Under the pieces are notes generated by a model that was not told the DNA's origin, made no database searches, and was given only the letters and a program-made list of their open reading frames with translations. Below, one piece after another: positions 36,001 through 51,000 of a stretch of DNA of 64,000 nucleotides; positions within the stretch are counted from its first letter, which is position 1, and each line of letters opens with the position of its first letter. The DNA lies in contig OZ024743.1 of the NCBI GenBank assembly GCA_964016885.1, forward strand, positions 242,978,001-243,042,000, written 5' to 3'. The translations under genes were made by a program, and so were the position numbers. This DNA comes from Eledone cirrhosa. Lineage: Eukaryota.

Positions 36001-39000
36001 AACCCATCCTAGTGTCTGTAACGACCTGTTCAACCCAACCTAGGATCTGTAACGACCTGTTCAACGTATCCTAGGGTCTGTAATGACCTGTTCTACCCAC
36101 CCTAGGGTCTGTAATAACCTGTTCAACCCATCCTAGGTTATGTAACGACCTGTTCAACCTATCCTAGGGTCTGTAATGAACTGTTCAACCATACCTAGGG
36201 TATGTAATGACCCGTTCAACCCATGCTAGTGTCTGTAATGACCTGTTAAACCCACCCTAGGGTCTGTAACAACCTGTTCAACCCATCCTAGAATCTGTAA
36301 TGACCTCTTCAACCTATCCTAGGGTCTGTAATGATCTCTTCAACCCAACCTAGGGTCTGTAATGACCTGTTCTACCCATCCTAGTGTCTGTAACGACCTG
36401 TTAAACCCACCCTAGGGTCTGTAACAACTTGTTCAACCCACCCTAGGGTCTGTAATGACCTGTTCAACCCATTCTAGGGTCTGTAACCTGTTCAACCCAC
36501 CCTAGGCTCTGTAATGACATGTTCAACCCATCCTAGGGTCTGTGACCATCTGTTCAACCCTTCCTTGGGTCAGTAACTACGTCTTCAACCCACCCTAGGG
36601 TCTGTAATGACCTTTTCAACACATCGTAGGGTCTGTAATGACATGTTCAACCTACACTAAGGTCTGTAATCACTTGTTCATCACATCCTAAGGTCTGTAA
36701 TAACCTGTTCAACCCATCCTAGGGTCTGTAATCACCTGCTCAACCCATCCTAGGGTCTGTAATGACCTGTTCAACCCATCCTGAGGTCTGTAATGACATG
36801 TTCAACCTATCCTAGGGTGTTTCATGACATGTTCAACCCATCCTAGGGTCTGTAATGACGTTTTCAACCCATCCTAGGGTCTGTAACATTCTGTTCAACC
36901 CACCCTAGCGTCTGTAATGAGCTGTTCAACCTATCCTAGGGTCTGTAATGAACTGTTCAACCAACCCTAGGGTCTGTAAACACCTGTTAAACCCAACCTA
37001 GGGTCTGTAATGACCTGTTCAACCCCTCCTAGGATCTGTAATGACCAGTTCAACCTATCCTAGGGTCTGTACCGACCTGTTCAACCTATCCTAGGGTCTG
37101 TAATGACCCGTTCAACCCACCCTAGGGTCTGTAATGACCTGGTCAACCCATCCCAGGGTCTGTAATGACCTGTTCAACCCATCGTAAGGTCTGTAATGAC
37201 CAGTTCAACCCATCCTGGGTTCTGTAATGACCTGTTAAACCCATACTAGGGTCTGTAACGACCTGTTCAACCCATCCTAGGGTCTGTTATGATCTGGTTA
37301 ACCCTTCCTAGTGTTTGTAACAACCTGTTCAACCCACCCTAGGGTCTCTAATGTCCTGTTCCGCCCACCCTAGGGTCTGTAATGACATGTTCAACCTACC
37401 CTAGGGTCTGTAATGACCTGTTCCACCCATCCGAGGGTCTGTAACGACCTGTTCCACCCATCCGAGGGTCTCTAACGACCGGTTCAACCCATCCTAGGGT
37501 CTGTAACAACCTGTTCAACTCATCCTAGGTTCTGTAACAAGCTGTTCAACCCATCCTAGAGTCTGTAATGACCTGTTCAACCCACCCTAGGGTCAGTAAC
37601 GACCTGTTCAACCCATCCTAGTGTCTGTAACAACCTGTTCAACCCATCCTAGGGTCTGTAATGACCCGTTCAACCCATCCTAGGGTCTCTAATGACCTGT
37701 TCAACCCACCCTAGGGTCTGTAATCACCTGTTCAACCCATCCTAGGGTCTGTAATGACCTGTTCAACCTATCCTAGGGTCTGTAATGACCTGTTCAACCT
37801 ATCCTAGGGTCTGTAATGACCTGTTCAACCCATCCTAGAGTCTGTAATGACCTGATCAACCTATCCTAGGGTCTGTAATGACCTGTTCAACCCATCCTAG
37901 GGTCTGTAATGACCTGTTCAACCCACACAAGGGTCTGTAATGACCTGTTCAACCTATCCTAGGGTCTGTAATGACCTGTTCAACCTATCCTAGGGTCTGT
38001 AATGACCTGTTCAACCCATCCTAGAGTCTGTAATGACCTGATCAACCTATCCTAGGGTCTGTAATGACCTGTTCAACCCATCCTAGGGTCTGTAATGACC
38101 TGTTCAACCTATCCTAGGGTCTGTAATGACCTGTTCAACCTATCCTAGAGTCTGTAATGACCTGTTCAACCCACACGAGGGTCTGTAATGACCTGTTCAA
38201 CCTATCCTAGGGTCTGTAATGACCTGTTCAACCTATCCTAGGGTCTGTAATGACCTGTTCAACCCATCCTAGAGTCTGTAATGACCTGTTCAACCCACAC
38301 GAGGGTCTGTAATGACCTGTTCAACCTATCCTAGGGTCTGTAATGACCTGTTCAACCCATCCTAGAGTCTGTAATGACCTGTTCAACCTATCCTAGGGTC
38401 TGTAATGACCTGTTCAACCCATCCTAGAGTCTGTAATGACCTGTTCAACCTATCCTAGGGTCTGTAATGACCTGTTCAACCTATGCTAGCGTCTGTAATG
38501 ACCTGTTCAACCCATCCTAGAGTCTGTAATGACCTGTTCAACCCACACAAGGGTCTGTAATGACCTGTTCAACCTATCCTAGGGTCTGTAATGACCTGTT
38601 CAACACATCCTAGAGTCTGTAATGACCTGTTCAACCTATCCTAGGGTCTGTAATGACCTGTTCAACCTATCCTAGAGTCTGTAATGACCTGTTCAACCTA
38701 TCCTAGGGTCTGTAATGACCTGTTCAACCCATCCTAGAGTCTGTAATGACCTGTTCAACCCACACAAGGGTCTGTAATGACCTGTTCAACCTATCCTAGG
38801 GTCTGTAATGACATGTTCAACCCATCCTAGGGTCAGTAACAACCTGTTCAACCCATCCTAGGGTCTGTAATGACCTGTCCAACCCACACGAGGGTCTGTA
38901 ATGACCTGTTCAACCTATCCTAGGGTCTGTACCTACCTGTTCAACCTATCCTAGGGTCTGTAATGACCTGTTCAACCCATCCTAGGGTCTGTAACGATCT

Positions 39001-42000
39001 GTTCAACCCATCCTAGGGTCTGTAATGACCTGTTCAACCCATCCTAGGGTCTGTAATGATCTGTTCAACCCATCCTAGTGTCTGTAATGACCTGTTCAAC
39101 CTATCCTAGGGTCTGTAATGACCTGTTCAACCCAACCTAGGGTCTGTAATGACCTCTTCAACCGATCGTAGGGTCTGTAATGACCTGTTCAACCCAACCT
39201 AGGGTCTGTAATGACCTGTTCAACGCATCCTAGGGTCTGTAATGATCTGTTCAACCCATCCTAGTGTCTGTAATGACCTGTTCAACCCAACCTAGGGTCT
39301 GTAATGACCTGTTCAACGCATCCTAGGGTCTGTAATGACCTCTTCAACCGATCGTAGGGTCTGTAATGACCTGTTCAACCCAACCTAGGGTCTGTAATGA
39401 CCTGTTCAACGCATCCTAGGGTCTGTAATGACCTCTTCAACCGATCGTAGGGTCTGTAATGACCTGTTCAACCCAACCTAGGGTCTGTAACAACCTGTTC
39501 AACCCACCCTAGGGTCTGTAACGACCTGTTCAACCCTTCCTAGGGTCTGTAACAACCTGTTCAACCCATCCTACGGTCTGTAATGATCTGTTCATCCCAT
39601 CCTAGGGTCTGTAACAACCTGTTCAACATACCCTAGTGTCTGTAATGACATGTTCAACCCATCCTGGGGTCTGTAACAACCTGTTCAATCCATCCTAGGG
39701 TCTGTAATGACCTGTTCAAGCCATCCTAGGGTCAGTAACAACCTGTTCAACCCATCCTAGTGTCTGTAACAACCTGTTCAACCCAACCTAGGGTCTGTAA
39801 CGACCTGTTCAACCCAACCTAGGATCTGTAACGACCTGTTCAATGTATCCTAGGGTCTGTAATGACCTGTTCTACCCACCCTAGGGTCTGTAATAACCTG
39901 TTCAACCCATCCTAGGTTATGTAACGACCTGTTCAACCTATCCTAGGGTCTGTAATGAACTGTTCAACCATACCTAGGGTATGTAATGACCCGTTCAACC
40001 CATGCTAGTGTCTGTAATGACCTGTTAAACCCACCCTAGGGCCTGTAACAACCTTTTCAACCCATCCTAGAATCTGTAATGACCTCTTCAACCTATCCTA
40101 GGGTCTGTAATGATCTCTTCAACCCAACCTAGGGTCTGTAATGACCTGTTCTACCCATCCTAGTGTCTGTAACGACCTGTTAAACCCACCCTAGGGTCTG
40201 TAACAACTTGTTCAACCCACCCTAGGGTCTGTAATGACCTGTTCAACCCATTCTAGGGTCTGTAACCTGTTCAACCCACCCTAGGCTCTGTAATGACATG
40301 TTCAACCCATCCTAGGGTCTGTGACCATCTGTTCAACCCTTCCTTGGGTCAGTAACTACGTCTTCAACCCACCCTAGGGTCTGTAATGACCTTTTCAACA
40401 CATCGTAGGGTCTGTAATGACATGTTCAACCTACACTAAGGTCTGTAATCACTTGTTCATCACATCCTAAGGTCTGTAATAACCTGTTCAACCCATCCTA
40501 GGGTCTGTAATCACCTGCTCAACCCATCCTAGGGTCTGTAATGACCTGTTCAACCCATCCTGAGGTCTGTAATGACATGTTCAACCTATCCTAGGGTGTT
40601 TCATGACATGTTCAACCCATCCTAGGGTCTGTAATGACGTTTTCAACCCATCCTAGGGTCTGTAACATTCTGTTCAACCCACCCTAGCGTCTGTAATGAG
40701 CTGTTCAACCTATCCTAGGGTCTGTAATGAACTGTTCAACCAACCCTAGGGTCTGTAAACACCTGTTAAACCCAACCTAGGGTCTGTAATGACCTGTTCA
40801 ACCCCTCCTAGGATCTGTAATGACCAGTTCAACCTATCCTAGGGTCTGTACCGACCTGTTCAACCTATCCTAGGGTCTGTAATGACCCGTTCAACCCACC
40901 CTAGGGTCTGTAATGACCTGGTCAACCCATCCCAGGGTCTGTAATGACCTGTTCAACCCATCGTAAGGTCTGTAATGACCAGTTCAACCCATCCTGGGTT
41001 CTGTAATGACCTGTTAAACCCATACTAGGGTCTGTAACGACCTGTTCAACCCATCCTAGGGTCTGTTATGATCTGGTTAACCCTTCCTAGTGTTTGTAAC
41101 AACCTGTTCAACCCACCCTAGGGTCTCTAATGTCCTGTTCCGCCCACCCTAGGGTCTGTAATGACATGTTCAACCTACCCTAGGGTCTGTAATGACCTGT
41201 TCCACCCATCCGAGGGTCTGTAACGACCTGTTCCACCCATCCGAGGGTCTCTAACGACCGGTTCAACCCATCCTAGGGTCTGTAACAACCTGTTCAACTC
41301 ATCCTAGGTTCTGTAACAAGCTGTTCAACCCATCCTAGAGTCTGTAATGACCTGTTCAACCCACCCTAGGGTCAGTAACGACCTGTTCAACCCATCCTAG
41401 TGTCTGTAACAACCTGTTCAACCCATCCTAGGGTCTGTAATGACCCGTTCAACCCATCCTAGGGTCTCTAATGACCTGTTCAACCCACCCTAGGGTCTGT
41501 AATCACCTGTTCAACCCATCCTAGGGTCTGTAATGACCTGTTCAACCTATCCTAGGGTCTGTAATGACCTGTTCAACCTATCCTAGGGTCTGTAATGACC
41601 TGTTCAACCCATCCTAGAGTCTGTAATGACCTGATCAACCTATCCTAGGGTCTGTAATGACCTGTTCAACCCATCCTAGGGTCTGTAATGACCTGTTCAA
41701 CCCACACAAGGGTCTGTAATGACCTGTTCAACCTATCCTAGGGTCTGTAATGACCTGTTCAACCTATCCTAGGGTCTGTAATGACCTGTTCAACCCATCC
41801 TAGAGTCTGTAATGACCTGATCAACCTATCCTAGGGTCTGTAATGACCTGTTCAACCCATCCTAGGGTCTGTAATGACCTGTTCAACCTATCCTAGGGTC
41901 TGTAATGACCTGTTCAACCTATCCTAGAGTCTGTAATGACCTGTTCAACCCACACGAGGGTCTGTAATGACCTGTTCAACCTATCCTAGGGTCTGTAATG

Positions 42001-45000
42001 ACCTGTTCAACCTATCCTAGGGTCTGTAATGACCTGTTCAACCCATCCTAGAGTCTGTAATGACCTGTTCAACCCACACGAGGGTCTGTAATGACCTGTT
42101 CAACCTATCCTAGGGTCTGTAATGACCTGTTCAACCCATCCTAGAGTCTGTAATGACCTGTTCAACCTATCCTAGGGTCTGTAATGACCTGTTCAACCCA
42201 TCCTAGAGTCTGTAATGACCTGTTCAACCTATCCTAGGGTCTGTAATGACCTGTTCAACCTATGCTAGCGTCTGTAATGACCTGTTCAACCCATCCTAGA
42301 GTCTGTAATGACCTGTTCAACCCACACAAGGGTCTGTAATGACCTGTTCAACCTATCCTAGGGTCTGTAATGACCTGTTCAACACATCCTAGAGTCTGTA
42401 ATGACCTGTTCAACCTATCCTAGGGTCTGTAATGACCTGTTCAACCTATCCTAGAGTCTGTAATGACCTGTTCAACCTATCCTAGGGTCTGTAATGACCT
42501 GTTCAACCCATCCTAGAGTCTGTAATGACCTGTTCAACCCACACAAGGGTCTGTAATGACCTGTTCAACCTATCCTAGGGTCTGTAATGACATGTTCAAC
42601 CCATCCTAGGGTCAGTAACAACCTGTTCAACCCATCCTAGGGTCTGTAATGACCTGTTCAACCCACACGAGGGTCTGTAATGACCTGTTCAACCTATCCT
42701 AGGGTCTGTACCTACCTGTTCAACCTATCCTAGGGTCTGTAATGACCTGTTCAACCCATCCTAGGGTCTGTAACGATCTGTTCAACCCATCCTAGGGTCT
42801 GTAATGACCTGTTCAACCCATCCTAGGGTCTGTAATGATCTGTTCAACCCATCCTAGTGTCTGTAATGACCTGTTCAACCTATCCTAGGGTCTGTAATGA
42901 CCTGTTCAACCCAACCTAGGGTCTGTAATGACCTCTTCAACCGATCGTAGGGTCTGTAATGACCTGTTCAACCCAACCTAGGGTCTGTAATGACCTGTTC
43001 AACGCATCCTAGGGTCTGTAATGATCTGTTCAACCCATCCTAGTGTCTGTAATGACCTGTTCAACCCAACCTAGGGTCTGTAATGACCTGTTCAACGCAT
43101 CCTAGGGTCTGTAATGACCTCTTCAACCGATCGTAGGGTCTGTAATGACCTGTTCAACCCAACCTAGGGTCTGTAATGACCTGTTCAACGCATCCTAGGG
43201 TCTGTAATGACCTCTTCAACCGATCGTAGGGTCTGTAATGACCTGTTCAACCCAACCTAGGGTCTGTAACAACCTGTTCAACCCACCCTAGGGTCTGTAA
43301 CGACCTGTTCAACCCTTCCTAGGGTCTGTAACAACCTGTTCAACCCATCCTACGGTCTGTAATGATCTGTTCATCCCATCCTAGGGTCTGTAACAACCTG
43401 TTCAACATACCCTAGTGTCTGTAATGACATGTTCAACCCATCCTGGGGTCTGTAACAACCTGTTCAATCCATCCTAGGGTCTGTAATGACCTGTTCAAGC
43501 CATCCTAGGGTCAGTAACAACCTGTTCAACCCATCCTAGTGTCTGTAACAACCTGTTCAACCCAACCTAGGGTCTGTAACGACCTGTTCAACCCAACCTA
43601 GGATCTGTAACGACCTGTTCAATGTATCCTAGGGTCTGTAATGACCTGTTCTACCCACCCTAGGGTCTGTAATAACCTGTTCAACCCATCCTAGGTTATG
43701 TAACGACCTGTTCAACCTATCCTAGGGTCTGTAATGAACTGTTCAACCATACCTAGGGTATGTAATGACCCGTTCAACCCATGCTAGTGTCTGTAATGAC
43801 CTGTTAAACCCACCCTAGGGCCTGTAACAACCTTTTCAACCCATCCTAGAATCTGTAATGACCTCTTCAACCTATCCTAGGGTCTGTAATGATCTCTTCA
43901 ACCCAACCTAGGGTCTGTAATGACCTGTTCTACCCATCCTAGTGTCTGTAACGACCTGTTAAACCCACCCTAGGGTCTGTAACAACTTGTTCAACCCACC
44001 CTAGGGTCTGTAATGACCTGTTCAACCCATTCTAGGGTCTGTAACCTGTTCAACCCACCCTAGGCTCTGTAATGACATGTTCAACCCATCCTAGGGTCTG
44101 TGACCATCTGTTCAACCCTTCCTTGGGTCAGTAACTACGTCTTCAACCCACCCTAGGGTCTGTAATGACCTTTTCAACACATCGTAGGGTCTGTAATGAC
44201 ATGTTCAACCTACACTAAGGTCTGTAATCACTTGTTCATCACATCCTACGGTCTGTAATCACCTGTTCAACCTACACTAAGGTCTGTAATCACTTGTTCA
44301 TCACATCCTAAGGTCTGTAATAACCTGTTCAACCCATCCTAGGGTCTGTAATCACCTGCTCAACCCATCCTAGGGTCTGTAATGACCTGTTCAACCCATC
44401 CTGAGGTCTGTAATGACATGTTCAACCTATCCTAGGGTGTTTCATGACATGTTCAACCCATCCTAGGGTCTGTAATGACGTTTTCAACCCATCCTAGGGT
44501 CTGTAACGTTCTGTTCAACCCACCCTAGCGTCTGTAATGAGCTGTTCAACCTATCCTAGGGTCTGTAATGAACTGTTCAACCAACCCTAGGGTCTGTAAA
44601 CACCTGTTAAACCCAACCTAGGGTCTGTAATGACCTGTTCAACCCCTCCTAGGATCTGTAATGACCAGTTCAACCTATCCTAGGGTCTGTACCGACCTGT
44701 TCAACCTATCCTAGGGTCTGTAATGACCCGTTCAACCCACCCTAGGGTCTGTAATGACCTGGTCAACCCATCCCAGGGTCTGTAATGACCTGTTCAACCC
44801 ATCGTAAGGTCTGTAATGACCAGTTCAACCCATCCTGGGTTCTGTAATGACCTGTTAAACCCATACTAGGGTCTGTAACGACCTGTTCAACCCATCCTAG
44901 GGTCTGTTATGACCTGGTTAACCCTTCCTAGTGTTTGTAACAACCTGTTCAACCCACCCTAGGGTCTCTAATGTCCTGTTCCGCCCACCCTAGGGTCTGT

Positions 45001-48000
45001 AATGACATGTTCAACCTACCCTAGGGTGTGTAATGACCTGTTCCACCCATCCGACGGTCTGTAACGACCTGTTCCACCCATCCGAGGGTCTCTAACGACC
45101 GGTTCAACCCATCCTAGGGTCTGTAACAACCTGTTCAACCCATCCTAGGTTCTGTAACAAGCTGTTCAACCCATCCTAGAGTCTGTAATGACCTGTTCAA
45201 CCCACCCTAGTGTCTGTAACAACCTGTTCAACCCATCCTAGGGTCTGTAATGACCTGTTCAACCCATCCTAGGGTCTCTAATGACCTGTTCAACCCACCC
45301 TAGCGTCTGTAATCACCTGTTCAACCCATCCTAGGGTCTGTAATGACCTGTTCAACCTATCCTAGGGTCTGTAATGACCTGTTCAACCCATCCTAGGGTC
45401 TGTAATGACCTGTTCAACCTATCCTAGGGTCTGTAATGACCTGTTCAACCCATCCTAGAGTCTGTAATGACCTGATCAACCTATCCTAGGGTCTGTAATG
45501 ACCTGTTCAACCTATCCTAGGGTCTGTAATGACCTGTTCAACCCATCCTAGAGTCTGTAATGACCTGTTCAACCTATCCTAGGGTCTGTAATGACCTGTT
45601 CAACCCATTCTAGGGTCTGTAACCTGTTCAACCCACCCTAGGCTCTGTAATGACATGTTCAACCCATCCTAGGGTCTGTGACCATCTGTTCAACCCTTCC
45701 TTGGGTCAGTAACTACGTCTTCAACCCACCCTAGGGTCTGTAATGACCTTTTCAACACATCGTAGGGTCTGTAATGACATGTTCAACCTACACTAAGGTC
45801 TGTAATCACTTGTTCATCACATCCTAAGGTCTGTAATAACCTGTTCAACCCATCCTAGGGTCTGTAATCACCTGCTCAACCCATCCTAGGGTCTGTAATG
45901 ACCTGTTCAACCCATCCTGAGGTCTGTAATGACATGTTCAACCTATCCTAGGGTGTTTCATGACATGTTCAACCCATCCTAGGGTCTGTAATGACGTTTT
46001 CAACCCATCCTAGGGTCTGTAACGTTCTGTTCAACCCACCCTAGCGTCTGTAATGAGCTGTTCAACCTATCCTAGGGTCTGTAATGAACTGTTCAACCAA
46101 CCCTAGGGTCTGTAAACACCTGTTAAACCCAACCTAGGGTCTGTAATGACCTGTTCAACCCCTCCTAGGATCTGTAATGACCAGTTCAACCTATCCTAGG
46201 GTCTGTACCGACCTGTTCAACCTATCCTAGGGTCTGTAATGACCCGTTCAACCCACCCTAGGGTCTGTAATGACCTGGTCAACCCATCCCAGGGTCTGTA
46301 ATGACCTGTTCAACCAATCGTAAGGTCTGTAATGACCAGTTCAACCCATCCTGGGTTCTGTAATGACCTGTTAAACCCATACTAGGGTCTGTAACGACCT
46401 GTTCAACCCATCCTAGGGTCTGTTATGACCTGGTTAACCCTTCCTAGTGTTTGTAACAACCTGTTCAACCCACCCTAGGGTCTCTAATGTCCTGTTCCGC
46501 CCACCCTAGGGTCTGTAATGACATGTTCAACCTACCCTAGGGTCTGTAATGACCTGTTCCACCCATCCGAGGGTCTGTAACGACCTGTTCCACCCATCCG
46601 AGGGTCTCTAACGACCGGTTCAACCCATCCTAGGGTCTGTAACAACCTGTTCAACCCATCCTAGGTTCTGTAACAACCTGTTCAACCCATCCTAGGGTCT
46701 GTAATGACCTGTTCAACCCATCCTAGGGTCTGTAATGACCTGTTCAACCCACCCTAGGGTCTGTAATCACCTGTTCAACCCATCCTAGGGTCTGTAATGA
46801 CCTGTTCAACCTATCCTAGGGTCTGTAATGACCTGTTCAACCCATCCTAGGGTCTGTAATGACCTGTTCAACCTATCCTAGGGTCTGTAATGACCTGTTC
46901 AACCCATCCTAGAGTCTGTAATGACCTGATCAACCTATCCTAGGGTCTGTAATGACCTGTTCAACCTATCCTAGGGTCTGTAATGACCTGTTCAACCCAT
47001 CCTAGAGTCTGTAATGACCTGTTCAACCCACACGAGAGTCTGTAATGACCTGTTCAACCTATCCTAGGGTCTGTAATGACCTGTTCAACCCATCCTAGGG
47101 TCAGTAACAACCTGTTCAACCCATCCTAGGGTCTGTAATGACCTCTTCAACCCACACGAGGGTCTGTAATGACCTGTTCAACCCATCCTAGAGTCTGTAA
47201 TGACCTGTTCAACCCACACAAGGGTCTGTAATGACCTGTTCAACCCATCCTAGGGTCAGTAACAACCTGTTCAACCCATCCTAGGGTCTGTAATGACCTG
47301 TTCAACCCACACGAGGGTCTGTAATGACCTGTTCAACCTATCCTAGGGTCTGTACCTACCTGTTCAACCTATCCTAGGGTCTGTAATGACCTGTTCAACC
47401 CATCCTAGGGTCTGTAACGATCTGTTCAACCCATCCTAGGGTATGTAATGACCTGTTCAACCTATCCTAGGGTCTGTACCTACCTGTTCAACCTATCCTA
47501 GGGTCTGTAATGACCTATTCAAACCACCCTAGGGTCTGTAACGACATGTTCAACCCAACCTAGGGTCTGTAAAAACCTGTTCAACCCATCCTAGGGTCTG
47601 TAATGATCTGTTCAACCCATCCTAGTGTCTGTAATGACCTGTTCAACCTATCCTAGGGTCTGTAATGACCAGTTCAACCGATCGTAGGGTCTGTAATGAC
47701 CTGTTCAACCCAACCTAGGGTCTGTAATGACCTGTTCAACGCATCCTAGGGTCTGTAATGACCACTCCAACCCACCCTAGGGTCTGTAACGACCTGTTCA
47801 ACCCATCCTAGTGTCTGTAATGACCTGTTCAACCCATTCTAGGGTTGGTAATTACCTGTTCAACCCACCCTAGGGTCTGTAACGACCTGTTCAACCCTTC
47901 CTAGGGTCTGTAACAACCTGTTCAACCCACCCTAGGGTCTGTAACGACCTGTTCAACCCTTCCTAGGGTCTGTAACAACCTGTTCAACCCATCCTAGGGT

Positions 48001-51000
48001 CTGTAATGATCTGCTCATCCCATCCTAGGGTCTGTAACAACCTGTTCAACATACCCTAGTGTCTGTAATGACATGTTCAACCCATCCTGGGGTCTGTAAC
48101 AACCTGTTCAATCCATCCTAGGGTCTGTAATGACCTGTTCAAGCCATCCTAGGGTCTGTAACGACCTGTTCAACCCAACCTAGGATCTGTAACGACCTGT
48201 TCAACGTATCCTAGGGTCTGTAATGACCTGTTCTACCCACCCTAGGGTCTGTAATAACCTGTTCAACCCATCCTAGGTTATGTAACGACCTGTTCAACCT
48301 ATCCTAGGGTCTGTAATGAACTGTTCAACCATACCTAGGGTATGTAATGACCCGTTCAACCCATGCTAGTGTCTGTAATGACCTGTTAAACCCACCCTAG
48401 GGTCTGTAACAACCTGTTCAACCCATCCTAGAATCTGTAATGACCTCTTCAACCTATCCTAGGGTCTGTAATGATCTCTTCAACCCAACGTAGGGTCTGT
48501 AATGACCTGTTCTACCCATCCTAGTGTCTGTAACGACCTGTTAAACCCACCCTAGGGTCTGTAACAACTTGTTCAACCCACCCTAGGGTCTGTAATGACC
48601 TGTTCAACCCATTCTAGGGTCTGTAACCTGTTCAACCCACCCTAGGCTCTGTAATGACATGTTCAACCCATCCTAGGGTCTGTGACCATCTGTTCAACCC
48701 TTCCTTGGGTCAGTAACTACGTCTTCAACCCACCCTAGGGTCTGTAATGACCTTTTCAACACATCGTAGGGTCTGTAATGACATGTTCAACCTACACTAA
48801 GGTCTGTAATCACTTGTTCATCACATCCTAAGGTCTGTAATAACCTGTTCAACCCATCCTAGGGTCTGTAATCACCTGCTCAACCCATCCTAGGGTCTGT
48901 AATGACCTGTTCAACCCATCCTGAGGTCTGTAATGACATGTTCAACCTATCCTAGGGTGTTTCATGACATGTTCAACCCATCCTAGGGTCTGTAATGACG
49001 TTTTCAACCCATCCTAGGGTCTGTAACGTTCTGTTCAACCCACCCTAGCGTCTGTAATGAGCTGTTCAACCTATCCTAGGGTCTGTAATGAACTGTTCAA
49101 CCAACCCTAGGGTCTGTAAACACCTGTTAAACCCAACCTAGGGTCTGTAATGACCTGTTCACCCCTCCTAGGATCTGTAATGACCAGTTCAACCTATCCT
49201 AGGGTCTGTAATGACCTGGTCAACCCATCCCAGGGTCTGTAATGACCTGTTCAACCCATCGTAAGGTCTGTAATGACCAGTTCAACCCATCCTGGGTTCT
49301 GTAATGACCTGTTAAACCCATACTAGGGTCTGTAACGACCTGTTCAACCCATCCTAGGGTCTGTTATGACCTGGTTAACCCTTCCAAGTGTTTGTAACAA
49401 CCTGTTCAACCCACCCTAGGGTCTCTAATGTCCTGTTCCGCCCACCCTAGGGTCTGTAATGACATGTTCAAACTACCCTAGGGTCTGTAATGACCTGTTC
49501 AACCCTCTCTAGGGTCTGCAATGACCTATTCAATGCATCCAGGGGTCTGTAGTGACCTGTTCAACCCATCCTAGGGTCTGTAACGATCTGTTCAACCCAC
49601 ACTAGGGTCTGTAATGACCTGTTCAACCCTTTCTAAAGTCTGTAACAACCTGTTCAACCCACCCTAGGGTCTGTAATGACCTGTGCAACCCTTCCTAGTG
49701 TTTGTAACAACCTGTTCAACCCACCCTAGGGTGTGTAATGACCTGTTCAACCCACCCTAGGGTCTCTTACGACCTGTTCAACCTTTCCTTGGGTCTGTAA
49801 TAAACTATTCAACCATACCTAGGGTCTGTAATCACTTGTTTATAACATCCTAGGGTCTGTAATAACCTGTTCAACTCATCCTAGGGTGTGTAATGACCTG
49901 TTCAACCTATACTATAGTCTGTAACGATCTGTTCAAACCACCCTAGGGTCTGTAATGACCCGTTCAACCCACCCTAGGGTATGTAATGACCTGTTCAGCC
50001 CATCCGAGGGTCTGTAACGATCCGTTCAACCCATCCTAGGGTCTGTAATGACTTGTTCTACCCACCATAAGATCTGTAATGACCTGTTCAACCCTTCCTA
50101 GGGTCTGTAACGACCTGTTAAACCCTTCCTAGTGTTTGTAACAAGCTGTTCAACCCACCCTAGGGTGTGTAATGACCTGTTCAACCCACCATAGGTTCTG
50201 TAATGACCCGTTCAAACCACCCTAGGGTCTGAAATGTTCTCTTCAACCCATCCTATTGTCTGTAACAACCTGTTCAACCCAACCTAGGGTCTGTAATAAC
50301 TTGTTCTACCCATCCTAGGGTCTGTAACAACCTGTTCAACCCACCATAGGATCTGTAATAACCTGTTCAACCCATTCTAGGGTCTGTAATGACCTGTTCA
50401 ACCCATCCTAGGGTGTGTAATAACCTGTTCAACCCATTCTAGGGTCTGTAATGACCTGTTCAACCCACCCAAGGGTCTATAATGACCTGTTCAACACATC
50501 CTAGGATCTGTAATGACCTGTTCAACCCATCCTAGGGTGTGTAATGACCAGTTCAACCCATGCTAGTGTCTGTAATGACCTGTTCACCCCATCCTAGCGT
50601 CAGTAATGAGCTGTTCAAACTATGTTAGAGTCAGTAATGACATGTTCAACCCACACTAGCGTCTGTAATGAGCTGTTCAACCTATCCTAGGGTCTGTAAT
50701 GAACTGTTCAACCAACCCTAGGGTCTGTAAACACCTGTTAAACCCAACCTAGGGTCTGTAATGACCTGTTCAACCCCTCCTAGGATCTGTAATGACCAGT
50801 TCAACCTATCCTAGGGTCTGTACCGACCTGTTCAACGTATCCTAGGGTCTGTAATGACCCGTTCAACCCACCCTAGGGTCTGTAATGACCTGGTCAACCC
50901 ATCCCAGGGTCTGTAATGACCTGTTCAACCCATCGTAAGGTCTGTAATGACCAGTTCAACCCATCCTGGGTTCTGTAATGACCTGTTAAACCCATACTAG

